Assembly: GCA_036802405.1 (NCBI GenBank) | Contig: DAIRWG010000002.1 | Coordinates: 2,013-66,012 of the forward strand | Source of the DNA: Alloprevotella sp. | GTDB lineage: Bacteria > Bacteroidota > Bacteroidia > Bacteroidales > Bacteroidaceae | Reading direction: 5' to 3' | DNA length: 64,000 bases | In this document: positions 1 through 9,313 of the stretch, one piece after another | How the letters are laid out: each line of letters begins with the position of its first letter | How positions within the stretch are numbered: the first letter of the stretch is position 1 | Position numbers and translations under genes: made by a program | Notes under the pieces: generated by a model | Told to the model about the DNA's origin: nothing | What the model saw: the letters and a program-made list of their open reading frames with translations, nothing else | The model's database searches: none

Positions 1-1650
1 TGCTACGATGCCACGCAGGCCGTGTTTCCCATCTATTTCGTGATGCGCGTGGAGAAAGTGCCGGCTGCCTCGGGCTACTGGAAATTCCAGCGTCCGAAGA
101 AGGGCGTGGAAGCGGAGTGGGATCCCGACGACAACAAGTACAAAATCTACACCCGCTATGCGCGTGAGCTTTCGGGCGACGACATCGGTGCATGGTTCAC
201 CTTCGATGCCGCCGAAGGCGAACAGGTGGAAGTGCGCATGGGCGTGAGCTTCGTGAGCATAGCCAATGCACGCGAGAACCTGGAGAAGGAGCAAGCCGGC
301 CGACACTTCAACGAGCTGCATGCCGAGGCACGCCAACGCTGGAACCAGGACTTGGGCCGCATCCGCGTGGAGGGTGGCACGGAGGAGCAGCGCCGCGTGT
401 TCTACACGGGACTCTACCACCTGCTCATCCATCCCAACGTGCTGCAGGACGTGAACGGGCAGTATCCGGCCATGGAGAGCGAACAGGTGAAGACGGTGAA
501 TGGCAACCGCTACACGGTGTTCTCGCTGTGGGACACTTACCGCAACGTACACCAGCTGCTCACGCTGGTCTATCCCGAGCGGCAGCGCGACATGCTGCAA
601 TCGATGCTGGGCATGTACGAAGAGCACGGATGGCTGCCCAAATGGGAACTCTACGGGCGTGAAACCTACACGATGGAGGGCGATCCGTCGATTCCCGTGA
701 TCGTGGACTCGTGGATGAAGGGACTGCGCGACTTCGACGTGAACCTGGCCTATGAGGCCATGCGCAAAGGGGCTACTACCCCGGGGCGCGACAATCCGCT
801 CCGTCCCGACATTGACGACTATGCCGCGAAGGGCTACGTGCCCCTCACCGGAGAGTTTGACAACTCGGTGAGCCATGCCTTGGAATACTACATTGCCGAC
901 CATGCCCTCTCGCGCATGGCTGAGGCTTTGGGCAAGAAGGAGGACGCACGCCTCTTCGCCCAGCGCTCGATGGGCTACAAGCACTACTATAGTGCCGAAT
1001 ACGGCACGTTGCGCCCGATTTTGCCGAACGGGAAGTTCCTCACGCCGTTCGATCCGAAACTGGGGGCTAACTTTGAGCCGAATCCCGGATTCCATGAGGG
1101 CAGTGCATGGAACTACACTTTCTATGTGCCGCACGACATTCCCGGACTGGCCAAACTGATGGGGGGACGCAAGAAGTTTGTCGACAAGCTCCAGCGCGTG
1201 TTTGATGAGGGACTTTACGATCCGGCCAATGAACCCGACATTGCCTATCCCTACCTTTTCTCTTATTTCAAAGGAGAGGAATGGCGTACGCAAAAGCTGA
1301 CGCGTGAGCTGCTCTCCAAGCACTACACCACGCAGCCCAACGGCATTCCGGGCAACGAGGACACGGGCACGATGTCGGCTTGGGCCATTTTCTCGATGAT
1401 GGGATTCTATCCCAACTGTCCGGGCGACCCGACCTACATTCTGACGGCTCCGGTGTTCGACAAGGTGACCATCGATTTGCAGCCGGGCTTCTACAAGCAG
1501 CGCCAGCTGGTGATCGAGGCTCCGGGTGCCACGGGATCGAAGGCCTATGTGCGACGCGTCAGCATCGGCGGAAAGGAGCAGAAGAGCTTTGTCATCAGTC
1601 ACGACGACCTGGTGAACAGCGGGCACCTCTCGTTTGAGTTCGCAAGGTGA
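1..1650 (+). CDS. GH92 family alpha-mannosidase, 5'-truncated by the window edge
   Basis: The frame is open from base 1. GH92-type motifs: SLWDTYR, GWLPKW, VSHALEY, FHEGSAWNY, NEPD, GNEDTGTMSAW. Confidence 0.9.
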   Translation, partial: CYDATQAVFPIYFVMRVEKVPAASGYWKFQRPKKGVEAEWDPDDNKYKIYTRYARELSGDDIGAWFTFDAAEGEQVEVRMGVSFVSIANARENLEKEQAGRHFNELHAEARQRWNQDLGRIRVEGGTEEQRRVFYTGLYHLLIHPNVLQDVNGQYPAMESEQVKTVNGNRYTVFSLWDTYRNVHQLLTLVYPERQRDMLQSMLGMYEEHGWLPKWELYGRETYTMEGDPSIPVIVDSWMKGLRDFDVNLAYEAMRKGATTPGRDNPLRPDIDDYAAKGYVPLTGEFDNSVSHALEYYIADHALSRMAEALGKKEDARLFAQRSMGYKHYYSAEYGTLRPILPNGKFLTPFDPKLGANFEPNPGFHEGSAWNYTFYVPHDIPGLAKLMGGRKKFVDKLQRVFDEGLYDPANEPDIAYPYLFSYFKGEEWRTQKLTRELLSKHYTTQPNGIPGNEDTGTMSAWAIFSMMGFYPNCPGDPTYILTAPVFDKVTIDLQPGFYKQRQLVIEAPGATGSKAYVRRVSIGGKEQKSFVISHDDLVNSGHLSFEFAR

Positions 1651-1662
1651 GGAAGGTGGGCA

Positions 1663-1706
1663 AAGTTGACGGGGCGTGACTCATTCAACTTGGCACCCCG
1701 TCAACT
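1663..1706 (+). terminator. Hairpin after the GH92 gene, possible terminator
   Basis: agttgacgggg...ccccgtcaact inverted repeat just after the stop codon; the U-tract is weak. Confidence 0.45.
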
Positions 1707-1757
1707 ACATTTACGTTAATATCCCCCCGTACCTCACTGCATCCCGATTAAAATCGC

Positions 1758-1765
1758 TAATTTTG
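1758..1765 (+). promoter_or_regulatory. Bacteroidetes -7 promoter element (TAATTTTG)
   Basis: Matches TAnnTTTG about 90 nt upstream of the ATG at 1854. Confidence 0.6.
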
Positions 1766-1853
1766 CACGCTGCATGCCGTTGCATGCGTTCATGATCGAA
1801 CAAACATTCCAACAAAACCTATTTCATTAAAGCTACTACAGCGTCATTCTCAC

Positions 1854-4800
1854 ATGAAACAGTACAAACTGGTAAACAACCTCCTCGGATGGTTGACCTT
1901 TGCCATCGCTGCTTTCACCTATTGCTCAACGGTGGAGCCGACGGCAAGCTTCTGGGATTGCCCTGAGTTCATCACCACAGCCTACAAGCTGGAGGTGGGC
2001 CACCCGCCCGGTGCGCCGTTCTTCATGCTCACGGCCAATTTCTTCACCCAATTCACCAGCGACCCCACGAAAGTGGCCTTCTGCGTGAACATCATGTCGG
2101 CCTTGCTTTCGGCCTTGTGTATCCTGTTCCTCTTCTGGACCATTACACACCTGGCCCGCAAGCTGATTTGCGATAATGGGGAGGTGACCAATCTCCGCCA
2201 GCTCATCACCATCATGGGATGCGGCCTGACGGGCGCTCTGGCCTACACCTGGAGCGACACATTCTGGTTCTCGGCCGTGGAAGGCGAGGTGTACGCTTAC
2301 TCTTCCATGTTCACGGCACTCGTGTTCTGGCTCATCCTCAAGTGGGAAGACCATGCCGACGAGCCGCATGCCGACCGCTGGCTGGTGCTCATCTTCTATC
2401 TGACGGGACTCTCCATCGGTGTGCACCTGCTCAACCTCCTCTGCCTCCCCGCCATTGCCTTGGTCTACTACTACAAGCGCAATCCGCAGGCCAACCTGAA
2501 AGGCTCACTCGTGGCGCTGGCCATTTCGATGCTCCTTGTGGCCGCCGTGCTCTACGGTGTGGTGCCGGGCATCGTGAAGGTGGGCGGATGGTCGGAGCTC
2601 TTCTTCGTGAACACGCTCGGCCTGCCCTTCAACACGGGCATGGTGATCTACATCCTTGCACTCATCGGCGTGGTGCTCTCCGCCATCTGGAGTTCCACCA
2701 CGGCCAACCACAAGCGCACTTGCCTGCTCTATGTGCTCTCCGTGGCTTTGCTCGGCATTCCCTTCATGGGGCACGGCACGATGTGTGTGCTGCTCGGCAT
2801 CTTGCTGACCGGTGCACTCGTGTGGGCTCTCCACCTCAAGGGCAAGGACGGAAACTACGTGGTGCGCAAGCGCTTCATGAACACTTCGCTGCTCTGCATG
2901 CTGATGCTCATGATCGGCTACTCCTCGTATGCCGTGATCGTGATCCGTTCGACCGAAAACCCGCCCATGGACCAGAACTCGCCGGAAGACGTGTTCACGC
3001 TCGGCTCCTACATGAGCCGTGAGCAGTATGGATCCTACCCGCTCTTCAAGGGCGAGGCCTTCTGCTCGCAGGGACAGGCCTATTCCGCCGGTGCCATCGA
3101 CTACGACCGCCGCGTTCGCACCCAGCGTCAGGAGAAGGCTAATCCTACGGATCCCGACCGCTATGAGGACATTGAGGAAACGGTGGGCGTGAAGTACCCC
3201 GGCGGACTGACCATGCTCTTCCCCCGCATGTGGAGCGCTGCCCACACCGACAAGTACCAGCAGTGGATGGGCGACATCACGATGAAGGACGTGACCTTCA
3301 CCACCAAGGACGGACAGACCATGCCCGGACAGATGCCCTCGCAGCTCGACAACCTCCGCTTCTTCTTCTCCTATCAGGTGAACTTCATGTACTGGCGCTA
3401 CTTCATGTGGAACTTTGCCGGACGTCAGAACGACATCCAGGGCATGGGCGAGCTGGAGCACGGCAACTGGATTACCGGCATTCCGTTCATCGACAATGCC
3501 ATGTATGGCGACCAGAGCCTGCTGCCCGATGCGCTGAAGAACAACAAGGGACACAACGTGTTCTACTGCCTGCCTCTGCTGCTTGGCCTCATCGGCCTCT
3601 TCTGGCAAGCCTATCGCGGCGAGAAGGGCGTGCGCCAGTTCTGGGTGGTGTTCTTCCTGTTCTTCATGACCGGACTGGCCATTGTGCTCTACCTCAACCA
3701 GACGCCGAGCCAGCCGCGTGAGCGCGACTATGCCTACGCCGGTTCGTTCTACGCCTTTGCCATCTGGATCGGCTTGGGCGTGGCCGCCCTGGCACAGTGG
3801 ATGGAGAAGCTCATGAAGAAGCCCTCGGCCGTGCCGGCTGTGGTGGCCTCGGTGATCGGTGTGCTCGTGCCGCTCCAGATGGTGAGCCAGACTTGGGACG
3901 ACCACGACCGTTCCGACCGCTATTCGTGCCGCGACTTCGGACTCAACTATCTCAACACGCTGCCCGACAAGGGCGCGCCCATCATCTTTACCAACGGCGA
4001 CAACGACACCTTCCCCTTGTGGTACAACCAGGAGGTGGAGGGACAGCGCACCGATGCCCGCGTGTGCAACCTCTCGTATCTGCAGACCGACTGGTATACC
4101 GACCAGATGCGCCGTCCGGCCTACGATTCCCCCTCGCTTCCCATCACCTGGGACCGCCTGTTCTATGTGGACAACGGCCGTCACACGTTCTATCCCATCC
4201 GTCCCGAGGACAAGCACTTGCTCGATGAGGAGAAGGCACGCAACCCGAAGGTGGACCCCTACGAGCTGAGCTACGTGATCGACCACTATGTGAAGCGTGT
4301 GGATGGAGGCTATTTCCCCACCGACTCCGTGGTGGTGAAGGTCGACAAGCAGGCCGTGATCGAAAGCGGCATGATGCTTCCCCTCGGCCCCGACAGCATT
4401 CCCGACCACATGATCATCTCGCTCAAGAAGGCTGCCCAGCAGCAGGGCGGTGTGTACCGCTCCGACGTGATGATCTACGAGATGCTGGCGCATGCCAACT
4501 GGAAGCGCCCGATGTATATGAGCGTGACGCTCGGTGCCAGCAACTTTGCCGGACTCGAGAACTACCTCGTGCTGGAAGGCCTGGCCTATCGCATCACTCC
4601 GTTCAACTACGGGCAGATGGGCACGATCGATGCCAACACCATGTACAAGAACATGATGACGCGCTTCAAGTATGGCAACATGAGCCGCAAGGATCTCTAC
4701 ATCGACGAGACCGTGGGCCGCATGTGCCAGACGCATCGCCGCATGTTCTTCATGCTGGCCGACAACCTGCTGCGCCGCGGCGACAAGGCTTCCGCCCTCA

Positions 4801-5171
4801 AGGTGCTGGAGAAGCAGAAGAAGGAGCTTCCTGCTTCCAACATCCCCTACACCGACGACGATTCGCAGCTCAGCACCCTCTGGCTCGAAGCCGGCAACAA
4901 GCAGGAGGCAGCCCAGGTGGCCAAGCAGGTGCTTGACTACGACATACAGTATCTCACCTACCTCAATTCCTTGGGCGACCGTGTGAACACCTACGGCAAC
5001 ACTTGCCTCTACTTGGTGAACAGCCTCATGGAGGCCACCCACACCCTGCAGCAGTCGGGCGACAAGCAGGCTGCCGCCTACCTCAAGCGCATAGAATATC
5101 AGTCCCAGCAGCCGGCCTTCCAGATCGGCTACCAGGCACTGATGCAGCGCAACCAGCCGCAAGGCAACTGA
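1854..5171 (+). CDS. DUF2723 / TMEM260-like polytopic membrane protein (GT-C-type glycosyltransferase candidate)
   Basis: N-terminal motifs SFWDCPEF, VGHPPGAP, WFSAVEGEVY and GVHLLNLL; many TM segments; QPRERDY and NGDNDTFPLWY motifs. Confidence 0.85.
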   Translation: MKQYKLVNNLLGWLTFAIAAFTYCSTVEPTASFWDCPEFITTAYKLEVGHPPGAPFFMLTANFFTQFTSDPTKVAFCVNIMSALLSALCILFLFWTITHLARKLICDNGEVTNLRQLITIMGCGLTGALAYTWSDTFWFSAVEGEVYAYSSMFTALVFWLILKWEDHADEPHADRWLVLIFYLTGLSIGVHLLNLLCLPAIALVYYYKRNPQANLKGSLVALAISMLLVAAVLYGVVPGIVKVGGWSELFFVNTLGLPFNTGMVIYILALIGVVLSAIWSSTTANHKRTCLLYVLSVALLGIPFMGHGTMCVLLGILLTGALVWALHLKGKDGNYVVRKRFMNTSLLCMLMLMIGYSSYAVIVIRSTENPPMDQNSPEDVFTLGSYMSREQYGSYPLFKGEAFCSQGQAYSAGAIDYDRRVRTQRQEKANPTDPDRYEDIEETVGVKYPGGLTMLFPRMWSAAHTDKYQQWMGDITMKDVTFTTKDGQTMPGQMPSQLDNLRFFFSYQVNFMYWRYFMWNFAGRQNDIQGMGELEHGNWITGIPFIDNAMYGDQSLLPDALKNNKGHNVFYCLPLLLGLIGLFWQAYRGEKGVRQFWVVFFLFFMTGLAIVLYLNQTPSQPRERDYAYAGSFYAFAIWIGLGVAALAQWMEKLMKKPSAVPAVVASVIGVLVPLQMVSQTWDDHDRSDRYSCRDFGLNYLNTLPDKGAPIIFTNGDNDTFPLWYNQEVEGQRTDARVCNLSYLQTDWYTDQMRRPAYDSPSLPITWDRLFYVDNGRHTFYPIRPEDKHLLDEEKARNPKVDPYELSYVIDHYVKRVDGGYFPTDSVVVKVDKQAVIESGMMLPLGPDSIPDHMIISLKKAAQQQGGVYRSDVMIYEMLAHANWKRPMYMSVTLGASNFAGLENYLVLEGLAYRITPFNYGQMGTIDANTMYKNMMTRFKYGNMSRKDLYIDETVGRMCQTHRRMFFMLADNLLRRGDKASALKVLEKQKKELPASNIPYTDDDSQLSTLWLEAGNKQEAAQVAKQVLDYDIQYLTYLNSLGDRVNTYGNTCLYLVNSLMEATHTLQQSGDKQAAAYLKRIEYQSQQPAFQIGYQALMQRNQPQGN

Positions 5172-5288
5172 CACACTGTGACTAACTAGCATGAGAGTTT
5201 CCGGCCCGCCCCGGTGCTTTCCGCTGAGGCTTTCCCCCGGCGGATGGCGCACGGGGCAGGGTGGGGGACTCTCATCGCGTTTCTCCTC

Positions 5289-5321
5289 ATTTTCTCCCCA
5301 TTTCCTCCCCATTTTCTCCCC
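5289..5321 (+). repeat. Three tandem 11-nt units (attttctcccc) ending at the start codon
   Basis: attttctcccc atttcctcccc attttctcccc, then ATG at 5322. Confidence 0.8.
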
Positions 5322-5933
5322 ATGATTATCGAACAACCCGCCCGGTTCCTCCGCTGGCTCTATCCGCTTGCCCTGTGGCGCATCAAGCCGGAGGAACATG
5401 CCGTCTACCTCACGTTCGACGACGGGCCCATTCCCGAAGTGACTCCTTGGGTGCTCGATGTGCTCGACCACTACGGCATCAAGGCCACCTTCTTCATGGT
5501 GGGCGACAACATCCGCAAGCATCCCGACATCTTCCAGATGGTGAAGGAGCGTGGGCATCGCTTGGGCAACCACACCTTCAACCACATCGGCGGACTCCGC
5601 CACGGCATCCGTTCCTACATGCGCAATGTCGACAAGGCCAACGAATACCTGCACACCGACCTCTTCCGTCCGCCCCATGGGTGGATGAAGTGGGAACAGT
5701 ACATCATGGTGCGCCAGCACTACCGTGTGGTGATGTGGGACCTTGTCACCCGCGACTATTCCACCCGCCTCAACGGGCGCGACGTGCTGCTCAACGTGCG
5801 GCGCTATGCGCGTAACGGCAGCATCATCACCTTCCACGATTCGCTCAAAAGCCAGGACAAGCTGCTTTACGCCTTGCCCAGGGCCATCGAATGGCTCCTT
5901 TCGCAGGGTTATGAGTTCCGCACCATCGAGTGA
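5322..5933 (+). CDS. Polysaccharide deacetylase (CE4/NodB family)
   Basis: YLTFDDGP, GNHTFNH, LFRPPHG and IITFHD motifs; start placed at MIIEQP. Confidence 0.9.
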   Translation: MIIEQPARFLRWLYPLALWRIKPEEHAVYLTFDDGPIPEVTPWVLDVLDHYGIKATFFMVGDNIRKHPDIFQMVKERGHRLGNHTFNHIGGLRHGIRSYMRNVDKANEYLHTDLFRPPHGWMKWEQYIMVRQHYRVVMWDLVTRDYSTRLNGRDVLLNVRRYARNGSIITFHDSLKSQDKLLYALPRAIEWLLSQGYEFRTIE

Positions 5934-5976
5934 ACGGCACGAATGCAAGCATCAAATGCCGAATTCAAATGCTTTT

Positions 5977-6008
5977 TTTGCATAGCTTAAAAAGTTTCAT
6001 TACCTTTG
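5977..6008 (+). promoter_or_regulatory. Bacteroidetes promoter (TTTG ... TACCTTTG) for the OmpA gene
   Basis: -33 TTTG at 5977-5980 and -7 TACCTTTG at 6001-6008. Confidence 0.7.
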
Positions 6009-6056
6009 TCCCCAAACTTTCAACGAATTTTCGAAAATTAAGATATACAAATCGCT

Positions 6057-7181
6057 ATGATGAACCTTAAAACCGCGTTAGCGTCGGCCCTCCTGCTGGG
6101 ACTTGGCGCACAGACAGCTTTCGCCCAGGAAGGTGAGAAGCAAGGTAAGAAGGACTATCCCTACGTGTTCTTCGGAGTGCAGGGTGGCGCTCAGGCCACT
6201 TTCACCAACTACAAGGCCGACAAACTCATCACTCCGATCGGAGCCGTGAGTGTGGGCGGCATGTTCACTCCTGCAGTGGGTGCACGTCTGCACGTGAGCG
6301 GCATCAACGAGCGAGGCGGCCTCAAGGCCACGCAGTCGACCTACGACTACAAGTTCGTGACCTCCGACCTCGACCTCATGCTCAACCTCTGCAACGTGTT
6401 CGCTCCCCAGAAGCACCACACGCTCAATGCCTATCTCATCGGTGGCGTGGGCTTGGGCTATGCCTGGGACAACGACGACCTCAACGGCATGGCTCCTGCT
6501 GCCAAGGATGCCGGTCTGAGCCTCAATTGGGACGACGACCGCCTCGTGCACAATTTCCGTGTGGGCATGCAGCTTGAAGCCGAGCTCTGCCGTGCCGTAG
6601 GCCTCAACCTCGAAGTGACGGCCAACAACCTGCACGACCGCTTCAACTCCAAGATCAACGGCCATGGCGACTGGCAAGTGCAGGCCCTCCTCGGCCTCAA
6701 CTTCAAGTTCGGACGTGGCAAGGCTGCCAAGCCTGCCCCCGTGCCCGCACCCGCACCTGCTCCCGAACCCGCTCCCGAGCCCGTGGTGACTCCCGAACCC
6801 GTCGTGACACCCGCTCCCGAGCCCGAGAAGAAGGAAGAAGTGCGTCGCCTCGAAGAGAAGAAGGTGGAAGTGTTCTTCCTCATCAACAGCAGTGCCGTGC
6901 GCGCCACCGAGGAAGCCAAGGTGAAGGAACTCGCCGACTGGATGAAGAGCCATCCCACGGCTACGGCCGAAGTGATGGGCTATGCCGATGCAGGCACCGG
7001 AAATGCTTCCATCAACAGCGCACTCTCGCAGAAGCGTGCCGACCGTGTGGCCAAGCTCCTCACCGAGAAGTACGGCATCAGCGCATCGCGCATCACCACC
7101 GGCTTCAAGGGCGACACCGTGCAGCCCTTCCGCGACAACGACTCCAACCGTGTCGTGATTGGCGTGGCCAAAGAGAAGTAA
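6057..7181 (+). CDS. OmpA family outer membrane protein
   Basis: Signal peptide, beta-barrel-like N-terminal half and a Pro-rich PAPE linker. The C-terminal OmpA domain has GYAD..TG...N..LS.KRA and NRVV. Confidence 0.92.
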   Translation: MMNLKTALASALLLGLGAQTAFAQEGEKQGKKDYPYVFFGVQGGAQATFTNYKADKLITPIGAVSVGGMFTPAVGARLHVSGINERGGLKATQSTYDYKFVTSDLDLMLNLCNVFAPQKHHTLNAYLIGGVGLGYAWDNDDLNGMAPAAKDAGLSLNWDDDRLVHNFRVGMQLEAELCRAVGLNLEVTANNLHDRFNSKINGHGDWQVQALLGLNFKFGRGKAAKPAPVPAPAPAPEPAPEPVVTPEPVVTPAPEPEKKEEVRRLEEKKVEVFFLINSSAVRATEEAKVKELADWMKSHPTATAEVMGYADAGTGNASINSALSQKRADRVAKLLTEKYGISASRITTGFKGDTVQPFRDNDSNRVVIGVAKEK

Positions 7182-7212
7182 ATCCCGCCATTCCGATTGC
7201 TTTGACTAAGGA

Positions 7213-7269
7213 CCGCAAAGCCATCCGCTACAGCCTTCGGGCCCGGCGGCAGCTTTGCGGCCCTTTTTG
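7213..7269 (+). terminator. Intrinsic terminator of the OmpA gene
   Basis: ccgcaaagc...gctttgcgg stem followed by ccctttttg. Confidence 0.7.
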
Positions 7270-7367
7270 CGTTCAGATGCAAGAGGCTCTGCGCGTGGCC
7301 GTTTCACTGTGAATCTTAACAAGACAAAAAAGCACAGGCAGATGCATCAGCGTTGATGGGAAATGCT

Positions 7368-7375
7368 TAACTTTG
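7368..7375 (+). promoter_or_regulatory. Bacteroidetes -7 element (TAACTTTG)
   Basis: Consensus match 68 nt upstream of the ATG at 7443. Confidence 0.65.
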
Positions 7376-7442
7376 CACAATGGAGATTCTGCGTGAATCT
7401 CAACGATAAAGCAACGTATTACCAACACATACTATAAAGAAC

Positions 7443-9143
7443 ATGCAAAGCAAGCTCTATTTCACGTTGGCCATGGCCGGAACGATGGCTCTCGCCTCGT
7501 GCAACAAGTTGGGCGAACTCTCGTCCGACAATTTCACCGTGACTCCTTCCCCGCTGGAAGCCGTAGGCGGCCAGGTGCCCGTGACAATCAACGGACGCTT
7601 CCCCGAAAAGTACATGAAGCGCAAGGCCGTGGTGACGGTCACTCCCGTGCTTCGCTATGCAAACGGACAGGCCACGGGCCAGAGTGCCACGTTCCAAGGC
7701 GAAAAGGTGCAGGGCAACGACCAGGAAATCTCCTACAAGCTGGGCGGCAGCTACACGATGAAGAACACCTTCACCTATGTGCCAGACATGCAGAAGAGCG
7801 AACTCTACCTCACCTTCAATGCCCATGTGGGCAAGAAGCAGGTGAAAGTGCCTGAAGTGAAGGTGGCCAACGGTGTGGTGGCAACTTCCACCCTCATCGG
7901 CCAGGCTGCAGCTTCGGCCAATCCAGAGATCGCTCCCGACACCTACCAGTATGCCATCAAGCAGACCAAGCAGGCTCAGATCAAATACCTCATCAACCAG
8001 GCCAATGTGCGCACCAGCGAGCTGAAGGGCACCTCCGTGCAGGATTTCGTGCAGACGCTCCGCGAGATCAAGGCCGACCAGAAGGGCCTCATGCTCGACA
8101 ACATCGAAGTGTCGGCCTATGCATCGCCCGAGGGCTCCCTCAAGTTCAACACCGCTTTGGCCGAGAAGCGCCAGAACTCTTCCTCTAAGTATGTGAACGA
8201 CCAGCTCAAGAAAGCCAAGCTCGATGCCGACGTTGACAAGCGCTACACCGCCGAGGACTGGGAAGGATTCCAGCAGCTCGTGCAGGCATCCAACATCCAG
8301 GACAAGGAGGTGATCCTGCGCGTGCTCTCGATGTACCAGGATCCCGAGGAACGCGAGAAGCAGATCCGCAACCTCTCTGCCGGATTCAAGGAACTGGCCG
8401 ATGAAATCCTGCCCGAACTCCGCCGTGCACGTCTCACCATCAACTACAACCTCATCGGACGTTCCGACGACGAGATCCAGGAGCAGTACAAGGCCGATCC
8501 CTCCAAGCTCTCAGTGGAGGAACTGCTCTATGCTGCCACCCTCACCGAAGTGCCCGCCGAGCAGAAGGACATCTATGCCACCACGGCCAAGCTCTATCCC
8601 AACGACTACCGTGCCTACAACAACTTGGCCACGCTGGCCTTCCAGGAAGGCAACATGACAAGCGCCAAGGACTATCTGGCCAAGGCCGATGCACATCAGG
8701 CCAATGCGGCTGAAACGAATGCCAACAAGGCCCTGCTCGCCCTTGTGGAAGGTGATGCCGATGCCGCCCAGACCTACCTCTCCAAGGCCACCACGGCACA
8801 GAACTACAACGAAGTGTTGGGCAACCTCCAGGTGGCTGCCGGCAACTATGCACAAGCAGCCCAGAGTCTGAAGGGCGTGAAGAGCAACTCTGCAGCTCTG
8901 GCCCAGATCCTGAGTAAGGACTACGCTTCCGCAGCTTCCACACTTTCAGCTGTGGCCCGTCCGAACGCCCTCACCAGCTATCTGAAGGCCGTGCTGGCCG
9001 CACGCACCAACCAGGATTCATCCGTGGTGAGCCATCTCAAGGAGGCCATTGCCAAGGATGCCAGCTTCAAGCAGCGTGCCGCCAATGACCTGGAATTCCT
9101 GAGCCTCTTCAACGACTCCGCATTCCAAAGCCTCGTGCGCTGA
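7443..9143 (+). CDS. Conserved Bacteroidales lipoprotein with an OmpA-like central domain and C-terminal TPRs
   Basis: Lipobox LASC; AYASPEG...N..LAEKR OmpA-like motif; TPR-like helices (DYRAYNNLA). Confidence 0.75.
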   Translation: MQSKLYFTLAMAGTMALASCNKLGELSSDNFTVTPSPLEAVGGQVPVTINGRFPEKYMKRKAVVTVTPVLRYANGQATGQSATFQGEKVQGNDQEISYKLGGSYTMKNTFTYVPDMQKSELYLTFNAHVGKKQVKVPEVKVANGVVATSTLIGQAAASANPEIAPDTYQYAIKQTKQAQIKYLINQANVRTSELKGTSVQDFVQTLREIKADQKGLMLDNIEVSAYASPEGSLKFNTALAEKRQNSSSKYVNDQLKKAKLDADVDKRYTAEDWEGFQQLVQASNIQDKEVILRVLSMYQDPEEREKQIRNLSAGFKELADEILPELRRARLTINYNLIGRSDDEIQEQYKADPSKLSVEELLYAATLTEVPAEQKDIYATTAKLYPNDYRAYNNLATLAFQEGNMTSAKDYLAKADAHQANAAETNANKALLALVEGDADAAQTYLSKATTAQNYNEVLGNLQVAAGNYAQAAQSLKGVKSNSAALAQILSKDYASAASTLSAVARPNALTSYLKAVLAARTNQDSSVVSHLKEAIAKDASFKQRAANDLEFLSLFNDSAFQSLVR

Positions 9144-9313
9144 TCCGCGTTTCGCACTCCCCCTCCCGACATGGGCCGGCGGGCAGGCAGGCGTTTGTCG
9201 ACTCGCCCCCTTTCGGGGCGGCCCGACAGCCTCCCTGCCCGGTGGCCCTTTTTCATTCACACCGACGGCTGGTCCCGCTCAGCGCATGGGCAGCTGCCTC
9301 TTCATTCTTATCC

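Noticed and set aside
2505..5948. Very long antisense ORFs (also 10446-12086, 25976-28273, 36432-39911, 53242-55959, 57516-60212 and others)
   Set aside because: They mirror well-supported sense genes. Strong C/G third-position bias removes antisense stops, and the translations show no family motifs.
6720..6830. Tandem cccgaaccc/gctcccga DNA repeats
   Set aside because: They encode the ordinary Pro-rich OmpA linker.
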